A program made the position numbers and the translations under genes. Below are positions 21,901 to 33,030 of a DNA stretch of 64,000 nucleotides, in pieces. The notes beneath the pieces are model-generated. The model ran no database searches and was not told where the DNA came from. It was given only the letters and a program-made list of their open reading frames with translations. The stretch covers positions 104,284,001-104,348,000 of the forward strand of contig NW_026262734.1 of the NCBI RefSeq assembly GCF_021869535.1, in the 5' to 3' direction. The first letter of the stretch is position 1. Every line of letters starts with the position of its first letter. This DNA is from Mytilus californianus. Its lineage: Eukaryota.

Positions 21901-24117
21901 TGGGATTTGGAACAGCACCATACAAATCCTTGCATACCTATCAGAATAAAAAATGTTAATAAAAATTCAGTCAAAAAATAGAACAATATGAGTACTTCAG
22001 TCGTTTAATATCTTTTTGAAATATTCGAAACATGGCCATACTATATATGTTGTCTAGTAGAAAACTGCATGACACATATGGAAGAGGGTGGTAAAGGGTT
22101 ATTTTCGTGCAACGTGTTTTGCCATTTTTATTTCACGTGCAGCCGTGCAAAAGGTTCGTTATTCATCGTGAAATCGGTAAAAAAATCAACGTGCGAGAAA
22201 TTTTTAATTGTTCGTTCATCGTGAAATGGCAATTTTATTTCGCGTTCTTCCGTGCAGATACCCCCACCCCCCTTTACGCCCCTCATGAAAGCTTATATCT
22301 GTACATGAAAAAAGTGTGGTTTCACATATGTGTTTGAGCATAAATAACAATTCAAGCAATATCTGAATGAAAAATCTATGGTGTGTTTTTCTTTCATAAG
22401 GGACATAATAACGGTGGAGTTTAATTCCGTGTGAAGCTTAAATATGTGAATTCACATTACATTGTAACACGTCTTAAAATGAACTTTTTGTATAGGGTTT
22501 AAGGCTAACAAATATTTAAAAATACTTGAACTGGAATAATGTACAGAGAAGAAATGGTATTTCCCTTCATGATTTTGGTCAGTTATATTTGTAAAGAAGA
22601 GACTGTGACAGGGGACTTTGATAAAACATTTACAGTTTTGTTAGATACTTGCCATATTATCTACACATCCAAGCTGAAACTTTTTCTCAAGAGATGCTGT
22701 TACTGTTTGGCTTGCAATACAGGACTTAAAATAATGACATATGAAAATTATAATGTAATAATGGAAACAATTGACATAGTATAAAGCATTGAGAAAATTT
22801 AAAAGTAAACATCAAGATGGTTAGGAGAAAGAAGAGTAAAAAGCGGATACATATTTTTGAAATGTTCTTGTAAAAATGCAACAGATAAAAGATGTAAGAA
22901 CGCAACACAGAAACAGTAATTTAAAATTTCTTGAGATAATTATTTTCTATATAACAGATTAAAGCTATTGAAATTTTAACGGTATAATGTAAATGTTTTT
23001 CCATCGTTAATTAATTGCTAAATTATATTTATACTTTCGCTAGAAGGATAATGGTCTTCAGTACTTCTTTACCTTCTGTCCGCCTGTCTGTCTGTCTATC
23101 CGTCCAATGATATTTCTTTACATTTTTTCATTGGAACTATAAATAAATCAGAGCTTTCTGAGATTTGTATCGAGCTTCCATAAGCATGCTCGAAGTAATT
23201 ACGTATTTTACATTAGTGTTTCAGTAGTGTTATGTTACCACATATTTATCGCGGTGTATCATTGTGAATGATGTGTTAGCCACAACTCACAATACATCTT
23301 GTTTCTCTTACTTCCTCTTACTAAGCAGTTGGAGAATGGTTAATCTCATAGTTAACACTTACCATGGACAAATTACTGCAGTGAACTATGTGTAGACAAT
23401 CTGAAGGATGATCTACATGTTCACACGAATAACATTTCAAAGCTGAAATAAAGGAACATACAGGCAAATTTCATTCTGTACAAGAACATGGGTGTTATTA
23501 CTTTAACATTTTAGAATATTATTGTTATAACTTTAACATTTTAGAATAATATTTCAAATCAAAGAGACCATATGTGGACTCTTCTTTGGAACACGATACA
23601 AAATAGCTAATAAATATAGAATATGACGAATCTATAAGTGAAATAAGAAACTAAAATAAACATTCACAAATGAACATGCAGTCAGGCATATTACAAATAA
23701 TTCAGGAAAATTTAACAAAATTTCACAGATAAGCTGGTTGTCATCATGACAGACTATATATAATCTAAAAACGAATGAATATACACACTACACAATCCAC
23801 GGGTCCTAGGACATAGTGTTGGAACACAGTTGTGCTTACGCATGACTTGTCTTATGGCTGCTAGTCTTTAACATCATTCAATACTTACGACACAGTCCAC
23901 AGGTCCTAGGATAGAGAGTTGCCATACAGTTGTCCTGACACATATCTTGTTTTATGGCAGCTAGTCTTTGGCATCGTTTAATACTTACGACACAATCCAC
24001 AGGTCCTAGGACAGAGAGTTGCCATACAGTTGTCCTGACACATATCTTGTTTTATGGCAGCTAGTCTTTGGCATCCTCTAACGCTACGATCTTCACAGTT
24101 GTTTGCACCACACATAA
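6668..24117 (-). CDS. Gene B (spliced, 5' end unresolved): ShKT-LU-ShKT-LU-Ser/Thr linker-C-type lectin mosaic protein. Exons 24117-23989, 23442-23363, 22724-22653, 21937-21790, 20910-20770, 20153-20077, 16505-16431, 15347-15191, 10870-10767, 8608-8512, 6936-6668
   Basis: Each exon was read by hand with an AG acceptor and a GT donor (one GC). Phases chain without conflict over 1349 nt with no internal stop. Two complete 10-Cys LU patterns ending CCxxxxCN, two CPxTCGxC ShKT motifs and a long-form CTL Cys pattern are present. Confidence 0.88.
7720..8300. repeat. ~38-bp minisatellite, about 15 copies, intronic
   Basis: Unit tgtctttataatacaccctttatggatcctcttgttt. Confidence 0.95.
8512..8608 (-). 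CDS. Gene B exon: CTL part 2 (NVCKYFCTRLVIISSKRENLAISQLLSQQRHQ)
   Basis: T-rich ttttag acceptor, gtaata donor, phase 0-1; C...L.II.S..EN helix motif. Confidence 0.88.
8690..10190 (+). mobile_element. 3' part of the same Penelope-like family (RT C-terminus plus long 3' region)
   Basis: ORF end LIEPLNKLINKGY...IDFVINKLKYN* matches 44760-44900 at the nucleotide level; continues into the common repeat tail ...gagagttgtctcaatggcactcataccacatcttc. Confidence 0.7.
10767..10870 (-). CDS. Gene B exon: CTL part 1 (CKPSFEHECPLRFIRKGQSCYFFGQHARTMHDAR)
   Basis: gttttag acceptor, gtatgt donor, 104 nt (same length as paralog exon 61092-61195); CP...SCYxF motif. Confidence 0.9.
12966..13885 (+). mobile_element. 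Helentron-associated-like (HINE/pearl-type) element with ~161-bp internal tandem repeats
   Basis: About 3.6 copies of a ~161-bp unit; (acggaatg)n microsatellite; 3' hairpin atggccccgacaac-ttt-gttgcggggccat; A-tract end. Confidence 0.72.
13963..14989. mobile_element. Non-autonomous hAT-like DNA transposon (1027 bp)
   Basis: TIRs CAGGGTTGGCAAA / TTTGCCAACCCTG; subterminal CCCGGG and CCCAG repeats; 8-bp TSD accaccag/accaccat. Confidence 0.85.
15191..15347 (-). CDS. Gene B exon: LU domain 2, part c plus Ser/Thr/Pro linker (NCKDLLAMHIEGVCCDSNFCNGNYVPSTTLIQPTSTVVPTT...)
   Basis: atgcag acceptor, gtaagc donor, phase 0-1; paralogous to 62136-62334. Confidence 0.9.
15660..15930 (-). mobile_element. 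Tc1/mariner transposase C-terminal remnant
   Basis: LSPALYQEWQRLQQQLIQGFNHGMRKRLASVIRVNRGATSY resembles the Tc1 C-terminus; degenerate SPDLNPIEH-like motif upstream. Confidence 0.7.
16431..16505 (-). CDS. Gene B exon: LU domain 2, part b (ESCIAVESHIFNFKEGYKLGCVAKQ)
   Basis: tttttacag acceptor, CAG|gttaga donor, 75 nt, phase 0-0. Confidence 0.86.
16660..17790. repeat. 30-bp minisatellite, about 37 copies, intronic
   Basis: Unit gacgaagtggaagacaaaacagtccaatccaat with variants; explains the long low-complexity ORFs in several frames. Confidence 0.97.
17977..19471 (-). mobile_element. 5'-truncated, 5'-inverted L1/Tx1-type non-LTR retrotransposon
   Basis: zf-RVT ORF on minus (18241-18891, CTFRKEEPESIEHLLWGC); upstream RT C-terminus on plus (FIWDGKPDKV...GGLKMI); T21 tail at 17976-17996; TSD AATTGACAGCTTTAT at 17962-17976 and 19472-19486. 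Confidence 0.92.
20077..20153 (-). CDS. Gene B exon: LU domain 2, part a (LTCYECASIDMPEHCRDRVMCDGHK)
   Basis: Seen inside ORF 20029-20217; AAG|gtaagc donor, phase 1-0. Confidence 0.88.
20770..20910 (-). CDS. Gene B exon: ShKT-like domain 2 (QPSGKTDGVSAACSEMDTEVCRYLSENNGCDQTCVASLCPQTCGKC)
   Basis: tttttaaag acceptor, gtaagt donor, 141 nt, phase 1-1, CPQTCGKC motif. Confidence 0.88.
21790..21937 (-). CDS. Gene B exon: LU domain 1, part c (VCKDLYGAVPNPTQSKVRRDVDLIGGCCSSDLCNKYNEPDKIPAPTINP)
   Basis: ctgatag acceptor, G|gtatgt donor, 148 nt, phase 0-1, CCSSDLCN motif. Confidence 0.88.
22084..22284. mobile_element. Small MITE in a gene B intron
   Basis: Imperfect TIR gagggtggtaaaggg / ccctttacgcccctc; internal repeated cgtg motifs. 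Confidence 0.55.
22653..22724 (-). CDS. Gene B exon: LU domain 1, part b (SCIASQTVTASLEKKFQLGCVDNM), GC donor
   Basis: ttttaag acceptor, ATG|gcaagt donor, 72 nt, phase 0-0; homologous to the LU2 part-b exon (SCI...LGCV). Confidence 0.82.
23363..23442 (-). CDS. Gene B exon: LU domain 1, part a (LKCYSCEHVDHPSDCLHIVHCSNLSM)
   Basis: tttatttcag acceptor, gtaagt donor, phase 1-0, LxCYxC LU start. Confidence 0.88.
23791..24080. repeat. 100-bp tandem repeat x3 derived from the ShKT1 exon 3' end and its donor
   Basis: Unit starts at 23791, 23891 and 23991; each translates to a ...C..TL(C/Y)PRT(C/R)GLC motif on the minus strand. Confidence 0.92.
23989..24117 (-). CDS. Gene B exon: ShKT-like domain 1 (MCGANNCEDRSVRGCQRLAAIKQDMCQDNCMATLCPRTCGLC)
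   Basis: ttctag acceptor, C|gtaagt donor, 129 nt, phase 1-1, CPRTCGLC motif. Confidence 0.85.
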
Positions 24118-25529
24118 CTAGAACTTAAGTTTAGCAGGAGTAAGTAATACAGAACGAAAAGAAAATTATATGCACAATGATAATTGTTTAAATACATTTT
24201 ACAGTAATTATAGTTTTCGGTATTATTTTATATATGAAACACCGCTTGATGTAATAAATGTCAACTTCACCTTATAAAAGAAGTACATGGGTCAATGAGT
24301 AAATCAATATAAAAAAAGATGATAAAACTGAAAAACAGTTTAATGTAAGGGTGTTATAATAATATACCTTCCGATAATATCACAAATACATTCATTTAAA
24401 CGTAGTATCCAGTTCTATACATTTTTTTGTACATTGACGATGAAGACAAAAATTATTCATTATTGAATTTTATATCGTTTTGTGAAATGTTCATCGAAAT
24501 GGCATGAATAACCATAGTGAGTAAATTTCTACATGACACTAAATTATGTATTACTTTCACATCAATTACATTGTAAAATACTGATTTATGAAGAAAAAAA
24601 CCCGCATAAAATATTCATCAAAATTAGAGTTATGAACTATTCACAAGCGGTTAATTTTTATTTAATTATAAACAAAAGTACTACAAATTTTCATTATAAC
24701 GTATATGTATGTAGATGTAACACTTTGTTATAAGTTGAAATAAAAAAATAAACGAAAGAATTGTGAAATGATACCAGTGAGTTCGACCTAACTTCTAATT
24801 TGTTTAGTGTTACATCTTAATCTATCATCCCGTGACAAATTGTACTATATCAAGGTAAGTATACCATAACATTACACATACACTAGTTACTGCGATCCCG
24901 AGTCTTACTGCAACAAAGACATCTACATATATTACCAAATTCAAACAACGTTGAAAAAAAATATGTTCAGCCAATCTTCCATGACTGTTTCATCATACCT
25001 AATGTGCTTAGCGTAATTCCATATGCCAATGACATGACTCTACTTAACCATTAAATTCCACTTGTGTACATGTACTTATCGTGGACCAACTTACACATGT
25101 AGATACTATATTTGCGTAATCATTGATATGACTTTCATTCAATTGTAAGGCGTAACTAATTTTAAACCGTTACAGTAATATTGTTTTAATCCCTTTTGAA
25201 ACAAACTGCAAATTATTTTTTAAAAATATATAACGACAAAAATGTTTGAATGGTAAACAGCAGTAAATCTCGTATCAAAGAATTCAGTAATCTGTTATTA
25301 GATATATAAGATATTGGATATGTCAATGCGTCAATGAGACAGAGACCGAACAATAAAAACAAAGAAAGACAACGACAGGTAAACATAGGGTCTTAGACAG
25401 ACGACAAATGTATAAACCATATTATTTCAATACTTTAATGGCACTGGGTCTAGACATGATGGGATTAATAAAACAGAAACTACCTGTGGAGATCTGAAAT
25501 CTTTTGATACTTTATCCGTACAAAATGAA

Positions 25530-25875
25530 GAAGGATGGGTGGGTGTTAAACGTCAAGTAGCAAATTTAACATGCAAATCAGTACGAGACCATGTTGATGA
25601 GATATGATAATAAACCCTGCTTTGTACTAGACCTACACTCGAAGCATGATTTTAACGTGCTTATCAGTATGGTAACAGTCCAAAGTAGGATATGTAACCC
25701 TTCCCGAACACATTATTTGGAATACGAGCCGACCAGATGATACTCTTACGCCTGAATGCCTCGTCCTTCGAGGATAAGCAATAAATACCAGGTCCCAATT
25801 ATTTAGTTTGAACTTGCAGGAGATCGAACTCACAATCTCCGGCACAGGTACACAAGGCGACCACGCTACCACATT
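25530..25875 (-). mobile_element. tRNA-derived SINE
   Basis: A box GTGGTAGCGTGG and B box GAGTTCGATCTCC on the minus strand, followed by a body homologous to the SINE at 59490. Confidence 0.7.
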
Positions 25876-28800
25876 CCAATATATCACCGAGCCGGTTTCA
25901 ATATGAAGACATAAACAGGGAATACAATTGACCAAGTTTCTAGCTATAACTGGCATCTATGACTTAAGATTGGTTCTAAACTCTCAAGATTCATCTTTGA
26001 TTCTTTGGTTATCATACATGTGGCTCTGTCCATGTCACAAATACCAACACGTCTTTATATTCTCAAAACTTGTGATATCCTGTCATAGAATTAAATGCCT
26101 TTGTGAAGTCAGAAAGCACTGTCAATAGTATTTGTTATTTCTTGTTGTTATCGTTAGGATTACGGCACAGCATAGATCCCCTTTATGTTTATTTCATAAT
26201 TGGGTTATGTTGACAGATCTTCAGTAGTTCCAGTTGTATTTATGCCTAGTTTTAGTATCAAGCGACTAAGTCCATACCCTATGGGTGTCTTCAACTTATG
26301 CCATTATTTGAAAATATATATTCAACCTATGCCAGCAAACAAAGTACAATAGATGTTGTTATAACAATTAACAATTACTTTCCGGTAAAATTTTAAGAAA
26401 TAAAATTTAAGAATTAAAATTTACTATTAAAATATGCAAACACAATAGCAAATTTGTGTTGTAGTTAATAAGAAATTACACAAAAATAGACATATTTACA
26501 AAACAAGTGAGTATTAAAGTAAAGAGAATTGAGTTATGATCTTGTTCTAGTCGAGAATCCGTGACCTTACAAAATAATGTTATCTTCGATCTATCACTTA
26601 TGTTTAAATCAATTTTAAAATAAACATTCGCCATAGTATTACCTTGATCTTGCGTCGTCACGAGACAGTTCAAACGACGAAAAGCTAGTCAAACGAAAGT
26701 TATGGAAACTTATATGTTTCAAAGGTAGAAAACAAAATCAAATAAAATCTGTTTTAAGTATAAGAAATATAAAATTTAAGTATTTAACAGGGAGCGGAGA
26801 TAAAGAATAGAAGGGATATAGATCATTAGTCGAAGACAGACTAACAACACCATACATAAAACAAAAAAGCCGTACAGACAAAAACAAATCGCATACAATT
26901 ACACAAAAAATAACGGTTAAACAAATTAAACTCCATCGAATACCGGGAATGAACCATAGGACTTCGGAAGGATCAGAAGTTATTGCTCCGCTTGCAGGAT
27001 TATCCTGTTAAGTTATGTTGATGAAATATATCCGATGTTCAGGTGAAGAAACTCTTACCTAACCCCCACAATTATCAAATTTATAAACCATCGGTATATG
27101 TGAATAACCAAACCCTAATACAAGTATTTCTGGATTCACAAGATAGGAAAGAAAAGAATGTTACGGTTATTTAACAATATGAGCAGATGTCATTGAAATA
27201 TTCAAAGCTTCATGTATGAGTCGAGTAGCTTTATTTTTAGCTGCAAAGCTAGACTCTTTGGTATGTATATAAAAAGTTCAACTTTTTTGTCGACATTTAA
27301 TCTAAATAAAAAGAAAAAAGGTTCAGTTACTAAGTGTATTACACTGTTTTTGGTGATTTATTAACAAATACTACTGTACCAATAGTTGTTATCATATCAT
27401 TGTCTACTCTAATATAAAAACAAAAAGGAACCTGCTTTTTTGTTATCTTCTTTGATGTATGAATTTGAATAAATGTGAGATACTTTTTACGTGAGTGTCT
27501 TAGACATTGAGTAACATGACTGCGTTATAACCAATTTTATCATACACTTATACATTTCAGAGACCCCAATAATTTTCATATCTATGTACACGCCGAGCCC
27601 GTTCCAAACATGCCTGGTGGTTTGGTTTTTTTCCCATTTGCTGTCTACAATTGCCGTCCTTCCTTTTTATCGATGCCCTTTGCAGACCTATCTATCGCAT
27701 TTATTCGGTTTTGTCCACTATCAAAACTTGTCCACTATGATATTTAGCCAAATTAATGCCGCTGAAAGTGGCAATAAACACAATCAACAAACAAAAAATC
27801 AAACCGGAAATTCAAATTAAAATTAACTTTTTTAAATGTTTGTAGGGGGGGGGGGGGGATTATATGTAATTTGATATCATATTAATTTGTTGAGGAACAC
27901 TACACTTTAACACCCGTGATTTGGATTCAACATGAACTATGCATAAACTGATCTGTCATAAACTGATCCAGTCAACATTTTTATCTTTTTTTCCTATTTT
28001 CTTATTTTAGTAACATCGTTTATATTGGTATAGAATTTTGGTCAATAAATTTAATATTAATTTGAAAAGGTGAAGGCGAGTTTGTAAGAACCCTTTCTGT
28101 GATTTTTGACGGCATTTTTGTCTACTTTTAACAACTGTTGTTGTCCAATTTGATTGTTATGTGGTTCTAAAACCTAAACTCTGATAAACTCCTTGGTAAC
28201 GAATTTGTGATAACGATTTCTCAAATTCGTGATAACAAACGCAATCCGTAGATAAAGGCAACAGCTAGTAGTATACTGCTGTTCAATAGTCATAAATCGC
28301 TTTAGCGAATACAAATCTGGGTCACAACGTAACCACAAAATGTAGTAATATGCGATAACTAATTTCCTCAGATTCGTTATTACATTTTTTTACAATTTGT
28401 GATAACAATTTAAATCGAATTTAAATTATACTGTTGGGGATTCCTAAATTAGCCTCATGACAAACTGAAAAGAGTATATGGATTTCTTAAGGTATAGTGT
28501 TCTAATCTTGTATGGGAACATAAGAAATATTTTCAAAAGTACAAATAAATGTGACAGAAAGATTATGTAAAATGTCAATTCCTTCATATAAAAAAAGTAA
28601 TTTACGTCAATCTACCTAATAAAAGTGAATGAATCCTCGAGAAACTATTGTTTTTCTTTTGACATTGTACGTACATTTTCATGTATAATTATCCATGCCT
28701 TATTCATACCGAACTCGGCTTTTAAAGTATGTTGAATGACTGTTGTGTAAATTAGTTTTGAAAAATGTCAACCAGTATAAGTCATCCGGATGTGTGATGC

Positions 28801-31800
28801 CATTTATTTCAAAGCAAATGAAATTTATTGAATACCGTTCAAGTAGTGCTGTTTAACACTTAAAAAAGGTGTATACAGATAAAACTCAAGCAATTGTTCA
28901 ATGCTATTTACAAATTTTACGCTATAACGTGGTAAATCAATGAAATAAGCAATTCCGACATTGTTGTTTACGCGAAAGGCGATACAATATATGCACACAA
29001 AAAAACCGTCTTTATGTGCTTGTTACAGTCAGAAGTCTATGATACAGAGGTTGTCATTGGTCGCTTTATTCATTTTTGTTTTTCGTTTATTGTTGTAAAC
29101 ATAAATCAGGCTGTTAGTCTTTTTTCCGTTTGAATTGTATAATATATGTCATTTCGAGGATTTTTATAGTTTACTACATGATTTTTATCATTGTTGAAGG
29201 ACGTACGATGACCTTTAGTTTCTTACATCTACGTCATTACGTCTCTAGTGAATAGTTCTCTGATTTCGATTATACCACCACAACCTCTTATTTTTATTTC
29301 GATCTAATTCTAAAAATTAATAAAATATTTGTTTGCCAAGGGCTCGTTTATAATTAACATATTTATTACAAAAAAGTAACCCGAGCTGATAGCAAGAGAT
29401 GTCCAATACCCATACTTTATGAAACCTATAAATATATGTCTAAATATTTGTGCAACGATGCCGATGAAAAAATAAGATGAGGGAATAATATCGACAAATA
29501 TTTCGTCAACAAATACTGAATTACAGGCTCCTGCCTTGTGAGAGAGAGGCACATGCATGTGGCAGGGGTATAAACATGTTCGTGACCGCTTAATCCTTCC
29601 ACAGTACCTTAGACCGTGGTGTAACAGCACAAAACAAGATTGAACTGTACAAATCAGTATGAAATTGATTGACTCGTTAGATTGGCACGAAATGCATCGG
29701 ATGCTGATTAACACCCAGTCTTTGATAGAACCATGCAAAAGGCTTATAAGTGGGTCCACATGACATGTCAACCAAATGTAATGAAATTTTGCACATATGT
29801 TGATAGTCAAGAGAAAAAAAGTTCTAACTTTAAAATTTGATTTAAGGCTATTTTTAGATTTTGCAGCGCAATCTATTGGAAAAGGCTTAATTTCCCAAAA
29901 TTTCCACAAAAATGTCACAATTTTGTTACTCTGAATATGCTAGATATGGGTATGTTTAGCTGATATTTGAGTTGATTTTTATAAAGAGCATCATTCGTCC
30001 TTCGAAACTTGACAAAATGCGTTTGCTTGAGTATAGCTATATTTTGGGGCTGACCGGTCTAAAAAGGGCATTTTGGACATTTTTTTATACTTCCTAAAAA
30101 GATAAAAAAAAAAAGACAGGAAATCTTGTAAAGTACAATGCATTTTTTAATGTTTTAAATATTTCTATAAAGGTTAACATGTGTGCTACAAGTTTTATGA
30201 TTTTTGAGCTGGGGTCTCCTACACCTTTACCAATGCAACGGAATAAAAATGAGTAATTTTCACATATTTTTCACCATAATCCGTGTATTTAATCATGAAA
30301 GCTTATTATATTTTGACAATGGCTTATATTTGGCATGAAGGTGTATTACAACAAGACAGTGAATCTCATAAAAATTAATACCATCAAATGACCTTGACCG
30401 TTGACCTCAAGGTCAAAATATTTGATTTTGTTTTTAACATTTTCTTATCTGGAGCACGCTTTTTCCTCTCTCTTGACAAAGTCTTTTAATACTTAACACA
30501 CAAGTGCAGCACCTCAATATCATGTATTGCGTACCATGGATGATGACCTTGATCTTTGACCTTTAAGGTCAAATATTTAATTTCATATGTCACCCTAAAA
30601 CCAAACATATTCTTTCTTGCCATGTCAATATAAAATGAAGAGATGTGGACTGATTGCTTATGAGACAACTATCCACGTCAGTTAAAATGAAGTGGTAGTA
30701 AGCAATTTATAGGCCACAGAACGTGCAAGACCTTTTCAGTGCAGCTAAGGGTTTGTCCTTGGGGGTCATGTCCCGTCCCTCATAAAATAATGTTGTTATT
30801 TAAATGTATCTAAAATAGGGTTCAGAACTCCATCCTTAACCCATATTAAATCTTAATTGCCTTTCTAGTTCATCATGAGTGACATGCCCTGCCCCTACAT
30901 ACCATTGATGGTAAAATAGCTTGAAATATGTTCATATCCCTACCTCTAAATCATATATATATTCTCAATCAGCAAGACAACACCTTTGAGTACACCATAT
31001 ATGTTTTTGCTGTGGTTCGTGCCCCTTATATATCTGTTCAGATACTCACCCCTAAACCATTTACTCTAATAAATATATATCATGACTAGACCAATTAAGT
31101 GTAACATATATTTTGTCCCTCATGCCCTATCCCCTCGTTTCATAAATTGGTAAATACATATATTGAAAACAGTACATATTTCAACGCATTAACCATATAT
31201 TCTTACTTGCAATGACAATCTTGTTTTTCCCAGAATGACTTCGACACGGGAGACATTAGTTTTAATTCACTAAAACGGTTCTACCTAGTTGTAATTAAAT
31301 TCAAAGACAATTTGGTAGATTTCTGACTTCATGCAGAAAAATTTGAAATACTGTGAATTCAGAACGTAATGTGCGTAATATTATTATTGCATATTTATGG
31401 TGACCGTCAAAAATGTGAGATTAATTAAAGCAAATTTTAAATGATATTGAAAATTGTACAAAAAATAAAATGTAACTTAGGTCATGTCACAGTCTGGGCC
31501 ATACAGGGCTAACTACATGGTGTGGGTTTTCCTGTTTGTTGCAGATCGTGTGGCGACCTCTGGGTGTACATTTTTGGTTAGTTAACTTCTGAGATGAAAT
31601 ATTGTCTCCTTGACATATACCCCATAAATGAACTTGTTGTCCACCTCAGCATCACATTGCGGCCGGGAATATATAAACGCTGTTCGTTCGTCTGTCCGTC
31701 CGAGCATTGGTCCTGATTGTTAACTTTCTAGCATAATTAATCGTTATCTAATTTGGCTAAAATGTGTGCAGTAGATTTCTATAGACAACCGGTCATGTTT

Positions 31801-32299
31801 GAAAATGAGCGTTGTACAAAAATTTAGTAAACGAGTAACATTGAAAATCTTTTGTCTTATTGATATTGCGATACTTTTTAACTTTACAGAAATATATTTT
31901 GAAAGTTTCGATCAGAAAAGAAAACAAACGAATTGGTGGACAATTCTAATAAAGTGGAAACAATTGATGAAGCATATGTAGGACATGATTCAGACTTCAT
32001 TGAAGTACTACTGTCATATATTGAATATATTGAACTCAAGATCAGTTGAGGACATTATAACGAGAAATTATTGCTTCTTCTTCTGTCTAATATATGTGTT
32101 TATATATCAGAAATATTTGTGAAGGTATCATGACATGCATCTGTTGCATCACAGTTTGGTAGTAAAATGATTTTCTTGAGTGTTTGGTCCTTGAATGATG
32201 ATAATCTTCCAGCATGAACTGTACATTCAAATCTGGCAGTTGGATTCTTAAGTTTGACTACATTTTGACATTCTAAGAATCATTTCTATATAAAAATAA

Positions 32300-33030
32300 G
32301 GAGATGTGGTAATATATGAAACAATTCAATTGAAAAAACTTACGGCCTAATTTATAACAAAACAGTTTACGACAAACAAATATGATAGACATGAACCAAC
32401 GACAACCACTGAACTACAGGTTACTGACTTGGGACAGGCACATAAAGAATGTGGCGGCGTTAAACATGTTGGTGAGCGCTCAAGCCTCCCCTTACCTGGG
32501 ACAGTGGTGTAACAGTACAACATAAGATCAAACTATAAAAATCAGTTGAAAAAGGCTTAACTCATCAGATGGATGCAAATAGAAATACATCTAACAAAAA
32601 CACAAAGTAGACGTGGACGGGTACTTATACATCCCATAAACAAAACGACACTAAGTACAGATCTGAGAGTACTCATATATACTGACAGCTAGTTCAAAGC
32701 CAATAACAACTGATGAAAAAAATCATTTATCTAAGACTAAAATATCAATCAGTACACATCCAATGGATTTAGTGTAAATACGTCATTAACAGTCAGAGAA
32801 AAAACATGACCTTGTGAAATGCCAAACTATAAGTATCGACAGGTTGTAGTACCGTGAAAATACATATGTGTAATATTTAGTATGGTTTTAATTTACTGAT
32901 AACAAAATCAATATTTACACCAATAAAAACAATATTCAAAGATTTAATTACAGTGTTGAATAGGTAACCTTTTTGAATAAGTTTATTTAAAGAATTGATA
33001 AGTTTACCCTAGTTATTTTTGTAAACATCT
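32300..33030 (-). mobile_element. Penelope-like 3' fragment, reverse orientation
   Basis: Reverse complement matches 8930-10190 (RT end, gagtactctc block, cctgtcccaagtcag block). Confidence 0.65.

Noticed and set aside
29310-29918. 202-aa ORF
   Set aside because: Runs across joined repeat fragments; no domain signature.
32100-32279. ~58-codon stop-free stretch on minus (ECQNVVKLKNPTARFECTVH...)
   Set aside because: No start codon, no recognisable domain, no partner exons.
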